This document shows positions 48,516 through 60,779 of a stretch of DNA of 64,000 nucleotides, piece after piece. A program made the position numbers and the translations under genes. The stretch lies in NCBI GenBank assembly GCA_001662655.1, contig KV460259.1; one strand, 5' to 3'. Each line of letters starts with the position of its first letter. The stretch's first letter is position 1. Origin of the DNA: Pseudogymnoascus verrucosus (taxonomy: Eukaryota). Under the pieces are notes generated by a model. That model searched no databases. It had not been told where the DNA came from and was given only the letters and a program-made list of their open reading frames with translations.

Positions 48516-49364
48516 TTAAAAAACCATTGTTGACCACACTCTTCTTGCGATCCCTCCGAGCTCGCGCGCGGAGAACTTAAAATCTCCCTCTGCCGTTCCA
48601 AGCCGCGGTTTTCGCTCCAAAATTCCCTCAAAGGATAGACACAACGTCCCCTCAGCCACTGGTCTTCCATTTTCCAAGCTAACAATTATCTCTTGGTCTA
48701 CCACTGCCCGTGGTGGGTGGCTTGCTCTGGTATCTTGCTGCTGCCGTCCCCTCTTCCAAACTTTAAAGATAATCTCCGGCCGCCGCCGGCAGACCTTCAC
48801 CCCTATAACCTGCATCACATGCGATTCCTCGTGTTCCAACCATATCTTAGCATCGCGGCTTAAACCGCGGCCGCTCTTTGATGTAGCGGCCTCTAGCACG
48901 CAAGTCTTGTAGCCAGGCCCGGATCCTGGGGCCCTAAAAGGGCCCCAGGATGCGTCAGGTTCTTTCTGAACGCCTCCAATTGACACCGTCGCTCTCCCAG
49001 TCGAAATAACGTCTTCAAAGCACCCAGCTTCAACAATCTTCTTAATTAGGCAGTTGTGAAACTCCATCGCAGCTACTTCGTGCGGGTCTCCAGGCATTGT
49101 AATGAGAAGGGATTCTGATTCTTCAAAATACAGCGCCTTGCGTGATCCTGGAAAAAGAGGTTGCTCGTCGTCGTCGATGCTAATATATTTCTTAGGAAAC
49201 CCTGTGACTAGAACAGTGTGGTCACTAGTAGGGTCGCAGCTGGAGGCATTATACAAGAGCGCTTGGAGAGTCCTAGTGAAGTCTTTTGGGTTTGTGAAGT
49301 CTATCGTAGCTTCCACATCTGACAACCCTTCGAGATCCACATCTGGTTCCGTAGTCATACCCAT
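48516..49364 (-). CDS. Uma2-like PD-(D/E)xK restriction-endonuclease-fold protein
   Basis: Intronless 282-aa ORF; ITMPGDPHE, KEPDASW, CVLEAATSKS...LSRDAKIWL pattern of the Uma2-like family. Confidence 0.65.
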   Translation of the reverse strand: MGMTTEPDVDLEGLSDVEATIDFTNPKDFTRTLQALLYNASSCDPTSDHTVLVTGFPKKYISIDDDEQPLFPGSRKALYFEESESLLITMPGDPHEVAAMEFHNCLIKKIVEAGCFEDVISTGRATVSIGGVQKEPDASWGPFRAPGSGPGYKTCVLEAATSKSGRGLSRDAKIWLEHEESHVMQVIGVKVCRRRPEIIFKVWKRGRQQQDTRASHPPRAVVDQEIIVSLENGRPVAEGTLCLSFEGILERKPRLGTAEGDFKFSARELGGIARRVWSTMVF

Positions 49365-49704
49365 ACTTGTGTTTATTGCAGTATTGCGATAACTCTTAAA
49401 ATTTTAGCTGAGGAGTGAAACATTAAATTCTATAGTTTAATGTTTAATGTTTATTCCAAATTGTCAAAATTATTAGAATTAGAAGTAGTGCAAGGATGTG
49501 TGGGTGGGCACTAGTCATCTATTGCGTAGTAATGAACAAATATCAAAGCCCCACATTTGAGACGGGAAGTCTGCTTAGAGGCGTCGAGAGTCAGGTCATT
49601 ATCAAATCGACACCGCTGCCACCAAGGAACGTCTCGTATTCCCATCCTCCCATCCTCCCATCCTCGCTTTCCACATAACAACCACGATTCCCACACCCAA
49701 CCCA

Positions 49705-51225
49705 TCACCCCACACACTCCCTAACCACCTCTCCCGTCCACCCCACCCTCGCAAACTCCCTCAAACTCTCCACATGCACCGCGTGCACAATCTCCGCCTT
49801 CCACCCTCCCCCCACCTTCTCCCAACACGCCGTCGCATCCCCCACCAGCACCACCTCCCCCTTTTCCCCCTCCCCATCCACCACCCCCAAATTCCCCGCC
49901 ATCCTTACACTAGTACTAACACAATGATCCGTCGTCAGACCCGCAACATACAACCTCCTCGTCCCCGACGCCCTCAACATCCTCTCCAACTCCGTCCCGA
50001 TAAACGCGCTATTCACAGTCTTCGTCACGATATGCTCCCCCGCTATCGGCGTCGTGTAGGGCATCCATGCGAACCCCGCCGCGTCGGGGTGTAAAGGCGA
50101 CTTTGGATCCTGAGACGCGTGGCGGACGTGGATTATCTCTGGACCGGCGCCTGGGTGCGCGAGGCGGAGAGCGCGGAAGTGCGAGAGCAGCGTGGAGATG
50201 TTTGATTCGTAGCTGGGGTTTGAGCGCGCGGGACCCCAGTGCGTGGGGTGCGTGAAGGCGGTTTGGGAGTCGATCAGGAGGAATGTCGTGGCTGTGAGAG
50301 GGGCTGTCGATAGGGAGCCAGGCGCGGCCGCGGACGCGGACGCGGGAATTGGTGCAGGGTCTTCCGTTGACGAGGGCGCTTGTGCTAGAGGGGGAGGAAC
50401 GTGTGTTTGCGGCTCACTTACAGGAGCGGATTCCTCCATATCCACATCCCCCCTCCTCTCAGACGTCGACGTCGACATCTCCATCTGCATCCCCATCCAC
50501 GGCGCCGGCCCCGGAAAAAGCTGTTCCTGCCACCTCTCCGCCCCCTCCACCCCACTCAACGCCACGCCCGCCTTCCCCCTCGCCGCACCAGTCTCAAACG
50601 ACGTAGACGCATTCTTCACATCCGCACGTGTGATATACGCCCCCCCCACCGCGGTAAGGACCTCCATATCGGCTTTCATCGCATTAGCCACCTCATGCGG
50701 CTGCATCCCCGCACTCGCCTCTCTCCCAGCGATATGTCGAATCGCACTACTGCGTTTCTGCTTATCCATATCATCAAGCGTATGCGTGTGCGTCTCCTCG
50801 GTATATCGTTCAATAGTAACAGTCCTCTCTTCCCCCTCGATATACCGATTCCACACCAACTTCAACCCCACCAGACACGTCGCGCCGGGGCGGCCGCGTC
50901 GGGCCGTCGGAGTGGCCGGCGCCGTAATGGGGTGTTTTCGCCGGTTGCGACATTCCCAGAGCTCGTAACCGGGAGTGCGCCCAGTAGCGGCGCGGGTCTT
51001 TTTGCGCACGTAGACGTTGTCGATCCAGGGCCAGAGGGCCAAAAAGTGAGAGAGGGGGAGGGTGAGCGGGGTGCGGGTTATGGAGAAGAGTTGGTGGCGG
51101 GTAAGGGACATTTGGGAGGGGGTGAGGGAGAGGGGGATTTGGATTATGGGGGTGGTAAGGGGGGTGGGTGCGAGGGCGGGGGGCGCAGAGGGGGGAGGAG
51201 AGGTGATAGGGGCGGGGGAGGTCAT
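49705..51225 (-). CDS. Fusion: WRKY/GCM1-like zinc-finger domain + isochorismatase-family cysteine hydrolase
   Basis: Single 506-aa ORF. N-half C-x24-C-x28-HTH (WECR...TCLVGLKL...THTH); C-half LLIDSQ, HVRH, TKTVNSAFIGT, GLTTDHCVSTSVR, VGDATA (D-K-C triad). Confidence 0.75.
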   Translation of the reverse strand: MTSPAPITSPPPSAPPALAPTPLTTPIIQIPLSLTPSQMSLTRHQLFSITRTPLTLPLSHFLALWPWIDNVYVRKKTRAATGRTPGYELWECRNRRKHPITAPATPTARRGRPGATCLVGLKLVWNRYIEGEERTVTIERYTEETHTHTLDDMDKQKRSSAIRHIAGREASAGMQPHEVANAMKADMEVLTAVGGAYITRADVKNASTSFETGAARGKAGVALSGVEGAERWQEQLFPGPAPWMGMQMEMSTSTSERRGDVDMEESAPVSEPQTHVPPPLAQAPSSTEDPAPIPASASAAAPGSLSTAPLTATTFLLIDSQTAFTHPTHWGPARSNPSYESNISTLLSHFRALRLAHPGAGPEIIHVRHASQDPKSPLHPDAAGFAWMPYTTPIAGEHIVTKTVNSAFIGTELERMLRASGTRRLYVAGLTTDHCVSTSVRMAGNLGVVDGEGEKGEVVLVGDATACWEKVGGGWKAEIVHAVHVESLREFARVGWTGEVVRECVG

Positions 51226-51794
51226 TGTGAGAGTTGATGTTGATCCAGAGGGGGTGTGGTTTTTTTTGTGAATTTTTTGGAGCAGGGTGGAGAGGCGGCG
51301 AGAGCCTTTGGAGGGGCTCTGGGTGAGTATCCCTCGAGATAGGAGGGGTATGGGAAGTGCGGTTCTCTTTGTGTCAAGACTTGGTGACTGTTGTGAAGTC
51401 GATGGATGTGTGGACGTTTCAGCTAGGGGTGGTTGGTTGAAGTGAGGTTGAGGTTGAGGTGGGCGTTTGAAAACTGGTGCCTGAGGCTATAACTTTTGGC
51501 TTATAACTACCACGCCAGGCATTGATGGGAAGTCAGGCTGTTGTCAAGTAAATGTGATTATAGACTATAGAAGAGGTTAGTAATTGCTTCAAACCCGAAA
51601 GGCTTTTGGATATTGATAGATTGATGGTAAAGTTATTATTAAGGTACTGATGTTGAAAGTTTATTTATTTTAATGTTGATAAATATATAGTAACCTCCCC
51701 AGAATATTTTATGAAAACCATTAAACCCATTTCCCTATTTTGAAGCCCGTAGCACCTTCGTAACCCTCATAAATTCATACCCGATAAACCCATT

Positions 51795-53685
51795 TTAGTA
51801 ATCGAAATCCTCAAACATCACCGTCTCCCCCTCCAACCACTCCAGAACCTTACTCCTCAACGGCTTCCCTGCACAAAGCATCCATTTCGTCCCGCCCTTC
51901 TCCCCCACTAAATCCTCCTTCTCAATCCTCCTCTCCCACACCACCCCTCCATCCTTCACGATCCTCCCTAACACCTCTCCTTTATCCACTCTCCCCCCTA
52001 ACCCGCCTTCTGCTCCCACGCCGGTAATAAATAATCTCAGCGCTGCACCTAGACCTTCGATTTTCTTCAGTGCATCCGCTACGAGTCCTAGATCCGCTTC
52101 TCGCACCGTCCAGAAGAGCGTCACACCCTTATCGACCTTCGAGCCTATTAGAGCAAGGAAGGGTGTAATACCGACTCCGCCCGCGATATACACCGTTTTC
52201 TCCCTCCCTCCCTCGGTAAGGTCATCGTCATCCACAAACTCCCCTCCAAACCCCGACACCGGCACCGTAAGCCCCCTCTTCCCCCCATCCCTCTTAAACA
52301 AAAACCCCGTCACCCGTCCCACCTTCCTAATCGTAATCTCAAACTCCTTAGTCGAAGCCCCCTCCTCCACCGTCGCCGGAGGAGAAGACACCGTAAACGT
52401 CCTCACCAAATCATCATTCAAGCTCTGCGGATCCTCATCCCGCATATGACTATACCCCATCCCCAACTCATCGCTGAAATCAAGGACGACATACTGTCCC
52501 CGTTTCCAATTCGCGGCTTTATCGAGCCGGAACCGGAAGCGCGATATACTCGGCGATAGCGACGTCTGGGAAAGCAGTGTTGCGGTGCCTGCGGCCCCGG
52601 CCTGCGCGGTGGCGCCGGCGGCTTGCTCGGCGGCAAGGAGGCGGACGCGAGGATTGTAGGGGGATGGTTCGATGGGGGTTGCGCGGAAGGGGAGGGATGT
52701 GGCGATGAAGCGGTATTCTGTAGTTGTGAATTTTATCGCGAGGTTTGTGTGCGGGAGGATCGCGGAGGCGGCGGGACCGATGAGGATGTCCACGCGGCCT
52801 GTTAAGTAGAGCGCATTCCCTGTGGCGAAGTCGGGGATGAGCAGCGAGGCGAGGGGGGAGAGACGGTAGTTCCCGAGGGTTTGGTAGAGGTTGTTCCCTG
52901 AGTATTCGGGGTAGACGAGAGTTAGTTCGCTGGAGGTGTTGGTGAGGATGCGGATGAAGCCTGGGGGACCGCCGCGGTGGTTGGTGGAGGGGGAGGTGGG
53001 GTGGGAGGAGGAGAGGAAGAAGAGGTCTGCGGCGTGGATGAGGGAGATGGCGGCGGGGGGGAGGGGGAGGGAGGTGGAGAGGAGGGAGGGGTTGGGGAGG
53101 GCGGGGTGGATGGTTTTGCGGTTGAGGTATTTGGGACAGTTGCCTGGTGGGGTGTTAGTATATATATTTCAATATATTAAGTCAGGGGAGGAGGGATCAC
53201 GCACCTAAACTCGTCTCAATTTTCATCACCAGCTGCACTTCCGCTGCACCACTGTCCTTCTCAGGCTCCTGCAGCGCACCAGCTATCATCCGCCCCGAAA
53301 ACTTAGCTCGCAGCCGCGATTCCAGATCGATGGCCAGGCCACTCATCAGCGCGCCCTTCTCACCTCCCTGTACTACCTCGCCCGGCGTCGCAGCCCCAAG
53401 CAGGATCTCCATGACGGGATCATGTGTGCGCGCGACGCTCGACTTGATAGCGATGATAGACGGGGCGATGGAGCGCGCGAAGGCTGGCTCACCTCCCCAT
53501 AGTGTCGTCCAGGGGCGGCCTTGCTCGTCGACGGCGCCGAGGGCGATGAGAGGGGAGCGTTGGAGCACGCTGGCGGCGAAGGGGGAGAGGAAAGGCTGCG
53601 TGGGGTTGTCTCGGTCGGGGATGTGGAGGGTGTGGTGGAGGCTTGTCTCGCCCTCGTGGAAGGGGAGGATCTCGTGGATGGACAT
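51795..53685 (-). CDS. Pyridoxamine-5'-phosphate-oxidase-like split barrel + ferredoxin-reductase-type FAD/NAD oxidoreductase
   Basis: Exons 53685-53205, 53143-51795; FHEGE, GRPWTTLWGG, SLG|NCPKYLN, HRGGPPGF, YPEYSGNNLYQTLGN, RTFTVSS, AGGVGITPF, C-terminal EDFDY. Confidence 0.88.
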
Positions 53686-54542
53686 CTGTTGTTGCTTGGG
53701 GGGTGGGTTATATGGTATGTGCGGCGGTGGTGGGGGGGTTGGCGGGGCGCAGGTGAGGAAGGTTATTATGTGGAGAAGGAGGGTGAGGTGGTGGATGAGA
53801 GTGTGGGGGATGGGAGATATGGGATAGTAGGGTTGCTTATAACGGGCATCTCTCATGTCTTTGATAGACACGACATTTCTTGTGAAGATTAATAATCTTT
53901 ATATGGGTCATTGGAAGTTTGTAGGTAACGCATCTAGATCTGGGCCCTATGATATATAATTAGTCAGCGTCGTGGTCGGTTGGTGTTGAGTACTCGTCGG
54001 TGTTTGGTGGCATTAGTAAGTAATGGCGGCAGTGATGAGGTCATAGCGAGTGTCGGTGAGGCATGCGATGTGTGTTAGGATGTTTGGTAAGTAATCCAGA
54101 TAAGTATGAAAATAAGTATATTAAAGAGGATAATATGCAAAAAAAAGGATATGAAGATATTAAGACATGATAATCGACAGCAGACGCAAGGTATGAGATA
54201 TAGAGGCGTATTTATAGTAGTACAGCATAAGACTTCATCTAGATAACACTCTACTAACACAAAAGTCTACATAACGTGACCAACCGTAATCTAATCGAAC
54301 GTGATCCACACGTGACAGCTGACACAAAAGTTGGGGAACTAACTGGACCCTGGAGTTTCTTGTGGTGCCTGAGTTTCTCCCCGTATTTCTGCCTTATTTC
54401 TGCCTGGTTTCGGCCTTATTTTTCGCCTTTCCTTTTCCTGTTATGTTTATACGAGACGTCGTTCTAATTTTGGCATCTTCGGTTACTCCCGACTACTCCT
54501 CTTCCGGTATAGTCAACACATCAGCGAGGCTGAGTTGGCTCC

Positions 54543-54574
54543 TTCCTGGTAGATTCCTGGTAGATTCCTGGTAG
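54543..54574. repeat. 11-bp tandem repeat x3
   Basis: TTCCTGGTAGA TTCCTGGTAGA TTCCTGGTAG. Confidence 0.8.
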
Positions 54575-55202
54575 TGATTTGTTGTCTCACCAACCAAAAA
54601 TCCCGTTAGTTCCAGCTGAGACACTGACACGGCTGTTCCCTGCTCTAACTTGTAACTTGCCTCCTCCCCCCCCCACCTCCCTGTAATTATCCCCAAACTC
54701 AACCAAAGCCACCACCACTCCTGCCGCTGTTGCTCCTAAATATTCATTGTCCATATTGTACAGTGTCTGTGTGTGCCTTGACCCCTAGCCAAGACCTTTC
54801 AACATCGACTATCTCCATCTCCATCTCTAATTATACTCTATTGTCTATACACTCCGACATATACTGTCGCTGTACAATTGTTTATACTTACACTCGCTCG
54901 TACTCCCATCTCACTTGTTTACCCTGCGAATACGGTCAATAATATACAACACAACTCCACCACGCCGCTCCTTCCGTCTTACTCCGCTCATTAAGCCGCC
55001 CACCTACCTCCGCGCGCCAGCCCAAAAGGAATACGAAGCAATCAATCTCGCCAGAGCGCCGACCCAAGGAGAATACGACTTCTGCGCCCCAATGTCGCCG
55101 GACTCCCACAGCTGCTAACCCACTATACTCCTCGCCACGAACCGTGGCCCCGCTGACGAGAGAGGGTACAAAGACCTTTATCACTCTGTTCACCCCTTCA
55201 TC

Positions 55203-55397
55203 ATGTCACGATATGTCAACGACTACGACGATCCCTCCGCCGAACCGCTCAATCACCCAGGAGCATCCTCGAGCCCGCCGAATCCCATCTACCCACAACA
55301 CGGCAGCTTCACCCGCCAACAGCGCCGTCCGGTGCAAGGAGCAAACACACAGCCTTCTCAACAACGAGGCCCACCGAACGTGCCACCACATGCTGGC

Positions 55398-55430
<33 letters not shown>

Positions 55431-57521
55431 TACTACAATCGCGAACCCTACAATACCACCTCGATGGCTTCGAGCACGACGCCAGGCGCAGATAACTTCG
55501 GGCAACAGGCCGGCGGGGGCATTGCTGGGATCGCGATGGGCGTTGCAGATAACCGGCCGCGAGAGAGCGGCATGGAGGCGATGAGGAGCATACCAGAATA
55601 CGGCGTCGACGGGAGGCCGTTGAATTACAACCAGAGCCAACGGCAGGGGCCAGGGCCAGGATACAGGCAACCCACGCTGCCGCCTGTGGCTGGAGGGCAG
55701 CAACGGTATCGAGATGCTGATCCAGTCGTGAATCCGGCAGCGAACCCGGCGCACATGGGTTATTATGGAGGGGATAATTATTCGGACGAGGGATACGATA
55801 ACCGGAGGTACGATTCGAGGGAAAGGTCTCCTTACGACGGGGAGATGTATGGGAGGCAGGGGCAGGGGCAGGGTAATTCAAGGCAGGGCTATCCGGTTGC
55901 TGCTGGGGTTCCTCTCATGGCGGTGTCGAGGCCGCCAGGAGAATCTGGCACGAGAGCTGGAGATTACGCGGGCTACGATCCACAGCAGGACGCCGCGCTG
56001 CATCGTTACTCCCAGAGGATAGACCCGTCGTGGCAACTCCAAGATCCGAATGCCATCGTGGATGACGGCGACGATGGACTCGATTACGTGCAGCCCTCAC
56101 ATCACCGCAACTCCCTATTAAGCTTAGGGAGGAGTTCAGACCGACTTAGCACGAGCACAGGAGGTGCTCTGGCTGCTGGCGGTGCCTTAGGCGCTGGAGC
56201 TCTCGGGGGGATAGCAGCGCGCAACGGCAGTGGAAGCGCAGCAGAGGGTGCCTCGTTGTTCAGCGGCCCGGGAAACCCATCGACTGGGTCCGGCGCACAC
56301 GCCGCATTCATCGCAAACGAGCGTGAGAAGGACAGCTGGATGGCGAAGGAGAACAAAAAGCACAAGAAGTCGATGTGGATCGCGATTGCGATCATCGCCT
56401 TCCTCGTGATCGGTGGAACTGTGGGCGGCGTGCTCGGCGCCATGCTGGCGAAGAAGGGGGGTGGCTCCAGTAGCTCGGACTCTACGACGGCGGCCGGCTC
56501 TGGTGGCAGTGCTACTGATGACACTAAAGCAAATGGCGACCTCAACAAGGATAGCGCGGAGATCAAGGCGCTTTTGAACAACGCGAAACTGCATAAGGTC
56601 TTCCCTGGCATGGACTATACGCCCATGTACACGCAATACCCGGATTGTCTACACTATCCAGCGTCACAGAACAACGTCACCCGCGATATGGCCGTGATCT
56701 CGCAGCTGACCAACGTAGTGCGTCTGTACGGCACGGACTGCAATCAGACGGAGCTTGTTCTGCACTCGCTCAAGCAGCTCGGGCTACAGGACACGATGAA
56801 GGTGTGGCTGGGCGTGTGGCAAGACAAGAACGAGACGACCAACGCGCGCCAGCTGGACCAGATGTACGACATTCTCAAGAACTACGGCACCACGCCCTTC
56901 ATGGGCACCATCATCGGCAACGAGATGCTCTTCCGCGAGGACATCGACTCGTGGGCGCTCGGCGCGCTGCTGGACCAGGTGCGCGCCAAGTTCAAGACCC
57001 TGAAGTACGATCTGAGCGTCTCCACGAGCGATCTGGGGAACAGCTGGGACGCGGCGCTGGCGGCCAAGAGCGACTACATCCTGAGCAACGTGCACCCCTT
57101 CTTCACGGGCAAGCCGATCGCCGAGGCGGCCGAGTTCACCTGGCAGTTCTGGCAGAACCAGGACTTCCCGCTCAAGCCGGACCTCAAGAAGAACATCATC
57201 GCCGAGACCGGGTGGCCGACCAAGGGAGGCATAGACTGCGGCTACGGCGTGTACACGTGCGACGCGGGCAGCGTGGCGGGCGTGTCGGAGCTGAATCAGT
57301 TTATGGAGCAGTGGGTGTGCCAGGCGATGACGAACGGGACGCAGTATTTCTGGTTCGAGGCGTTCGATGAGCCGTGGAAGATCAAGTTTAATACCAAGGC
57401 TGAGCCGGGCAAGCCGGCGCAGGAGTGGGAGGATCAGTGGGGGATTCTGGATGTGAATCGTGTGCTGAAGCCGGGGGTGGTGATTCCGGATTGTGGGGGG
57501 AAGACGGTGAGTGCGGTATAG
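55203..57521 (+). CDS. btgC: GH17 glucan endo-1,3-beta-glucosidase BtgC-like (type II membrane)
   Basis: 772-aa ORF; polyQ/Gly-rich N-terminus, one TM helix, LHKVFPGMDYTP, VRLYGTDC, IGNEMLFR, NVHPFF, ETGWPT, FEAFDEPWK. Confidence 0.9.
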
Positions 57522-58187
57522 AAGGGGCCGCTGCTTGCTTTGTTGTTTTATCTGTTCGTTTTGGGAGGGGCGGGGGCGGGGGCGGAATCTGGGTTCGGTA
57601 ATTGTTTTCTCTGAGCGCTCTTGCGAAGGGGGGATGAGCTGGGTCGGTGGGGGAGCGATATATTTTTGGGCATGTGTTTTGTTGGGGCATTTTTTGTACA
57701 CTGGCATATTGGCGTTGAGAAAGTTTTTAAAGCTTGTTGTCTATTCGTTGGCTGGATTTTTGGTTGGAAGAAAGAAGGGTCGGGGGAGGGTTTTAAATAA
57801 AGGGGTGCGGTGGGAGAGTGGGATGGAACTGGAGGGTTTATATAGATGAATGAATATTCTTACTGGTGTATAGTTTGGGAGATTTGGATTTGTTGGAGGA
57901 AGTGAATTCTTGGGAGGTGAAGGGGTTGTTTATCAAAGAGGGGTGGGTGACTGGTATCTGCTGTTATCAGTTATCAGGCATTTGTTGTTTCACTCCTAAT
58001 CTGTCTGTCATACGCAACATTCGCGGTAGGTAGCACACAGGCACTCCCTTACCTTAACTTACTTGCCTGGGCGGTTTGAATTTCCAAGATTTTTTGTTTT
58101 TTAATTTCAATGGCTCGTTGCCTCCACCTCACATTATCACATCAATACAAGGTCTCCTCCTCCCGAGTCGGAGTAGAGACACCATCT

Positions 58188-59374
58188 ATGAGCAGCACAC
58201 GCCCACCCGCCTCAGTGCGCGCCGAAGATGTCCAGAGAACGCACCTCGTCCAGTTCCCTCCGTTGCCCCATACAAACAGCAAAACCGCATCCAAGGTACA
58301 GGGATCGAAGCAATGGGTTCCTCTCGTGGCAGGCGGGTATGCATCCCCCCTCCATCCCCATCCCACAGCCCAGTCAAACCTCGCCGCACAATTGATACTA
58401 ACCCCCCCCCCCCCCAGAGCCGGAGGCGTAACAGCCGCCCTCCTCACCGCACCCCTAGATGTCCTCCGCACGCGTCTCCAATCTGAGTTCTACCGCCGTC
58501 CCGCACTACCCCCTTTCTCCTATTTCTCCCCCTCCACCAGTAGCGGCAGAGGCATAGCATCACGCACTCTCAGCCCAACAACACACATCCGCGAGACTCT
58601 CCGCTTACTACTCGCCATCCACCGCCTCGAAGGCCCACGCGCCCTATTCAAAGGCGTCCTCCCCCTAATCGCCGGACTCGGCCCCAGCAGCGCCTTGAAA
58701 TTCTGGACCTACAATAGCGTCAAACGGGGCTTAGAAAACCACGGCGTTCAAGGGGCGTGGCTGCATGCCATTTCTGCGGCGGTGGCGGGGGGAGTGGTGT
58801 GTACTGTCATGTGTCCGGTTTGGGTGGTCAAGACGAGGGTGCAACTTGATCCTGGGCGCGGGGGAGGTATGAGGGGGCGATTGATTGTGTGGGCAAGATT
58901 TTGAGGGGGGAGGGGTGGAGGGGGTTGTGGAGAGGGTTGGGAGCGAGTTATTTGGGGGTTGGGGAGACGGTTGTGCAGTGGGTTGTTTATGAGCGCGTTA
59001 AGAGGGTTATTAGGGAAAGAGAGGAGAGGAGGGAGGGAGCAGTGGACGGTGGGGAGAGGGAAAAGGGAGGGTGGGAGAGAGTGTGTGATGGTGCTGTCTG
59101 GGCTGTTGCGGCGGGGGGATCGAAGGGTGTAGCAGTTGGACTGGCGTATCCGCATGAGGTTCTGCGGACGAGGTTGAGGCAGGCGCCGCTGGTGGGTGGA
59201 AGGCGGAAGTATAGGGGTGTTGTGCAGTGTGTGAGGTTGGTGGTGAGGGAGGAGGGGGTGAGGGCGCTGTGGGGAGGGTTGACGCCGCATTTGATGAGGG
59301 CGGTGCCGGCGGCGGGGATTGTGTTTGGGGTTTTTGAGGTTGTTGTGGGGGTGTTGGGGGGGGAGGGGGAGTAG
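58188..59374 (+). CDS. Mitochondrial carrier, Rim2-like pyrimidine nucleotide transporter (apparent 1-nt frameshift)
   Basis: Three carrier signatures PLDVLRTRLQ, PVWVVKTRVQ, PHEVLRTRLRQ; intron 58337-58417; frame changes at G-run 58860-58864. Start codon uncertain. Confidence 0.8.
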
Positions 59375-60083
59375 GGGGTTTGTGGGATGTGGTGGGGTGG
59401 TTGTGAGGATGGTGGGTGTTGGAGAATTGGCGTTTGGAAATACCCCTCTCTTTATTGGAATAGATTCATCTCATCTCTAGTTGTGCATCAGGCATTTTCG
59501 CCGTTTGGGTGGGAGTTTTGGGATATTATGGTTCTCTATTTCCGTGGAATGGTTCGCGCGCGTGGGTGCCTACTCTTTTTGGATGTGAGGGTGGATGCAA
59601 CGGCGTAGATTGGGATTGCTAAATGGGGAAGCATCCGAATCTTCAACATGCTCTATATCTCCGGAAGAGCATCATTGGAGGATATCGTGAGTGGCCGTCT
59701 TGGAAGAGGGCTACCATAGTTTTCAGAACACTGAACTCAATGGATTTTGTATACCAAGGTTGATTTGTCTTTGGTGGAAGTTGAGTGAAAATTATTTAAG
59801 TACTTAGGTGGAGAGGCTGTGGTTGCGATGATATTGATATCACGAGTTGAGGATCAACTTGAGCACGAGCTCCGATTTGTGGATAAATCACTACCGTGAA
59901 CAATTAATATGTTTTGTCCTTGATTCATTAACTTATCACCTGAACTAACAGAGTACGATCACCATGCTGTAATATATAAAATATATGAGACTTTATATAA
60001 GGTCAAAAGGTGGTAGGTCTGTGAGGGACAGTTTTCTAAATCTCCAAAGTCTCGCGGGGAAGCTAAAGTTGAAGGTCTTCAAG

Positions 60084-60779
60084 ATGTTTTTAACAACCCC
60101 AATAATTCTTCTTTCGTCAGCGGTTTGTGGAGTGTTGGGACATGCTAGAATTGACTCTCCAATTCCCCGACTGGTCAGTTGTCTTCAAAGCTGCTCTTGA
60201 TATTGCTTGGTGGTGCAGGTCGCTGACAATTCCCAAATAGCCTGGCAATGCCCATATATCAGCTTGCGGGTCGGCTGTCGCAGAAAAACTTCAGTCTGGT
60301 TAATATGACCTACCTTTAATGCAGAAGCCAACTTCATCTAACATTTTATTCTTCTAGATAACACCGGTCCAATCGAAAATTCCGTACAATACATAAACTC
60401 AGACTACAAATGCAATGCATACCTATGCCGTGGCTACCAATTCGAGGACAACACGAGCAGGGTCATGGCACTCAACACAGACGACGTTATACCCTTCCAC
60501 ATTAACCTGGTTGCTGGTCACAAGCCTGGTCGTGCTAATGCCTCAGTCGTCGATACCTCGACGAATAAGGTAGTGGTGGCACTCAAGACATGGGACCATT
60601 GGCCTGATGTGACAGATGGCTCGACTTATGATGAGAAGACCAAGTTCAACGTGACTATTCCTAGTGGACTGGGTTCGGCCTGTGGTACTGCAGGGAAGTG
60701 CGTGATTCAGTGGTATTGGTATGCCATTGCGAATGATCAGACTTATGAGAGTTGTCACGACTTCTATATCGTATCTTAA
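60084..60779 (+). CDS. AA16-family lytic polysaccharide monooxygenase-like secreted protein
   Basis: Signal peptide ending VLG, mature N-terminal His (HARIDSPIPR), LCRGYQFEDN, AGHKPGRANASVVD, CVIQWYWY, QTYESC; two introns. Confidence 0.82.

Noticed and set aside
56645..57707. 241-aa alternate-frame and 307-aa antisense ORFs over btgC
   Set aside because: By-products of high-GC codon bias in the GH17 domain.
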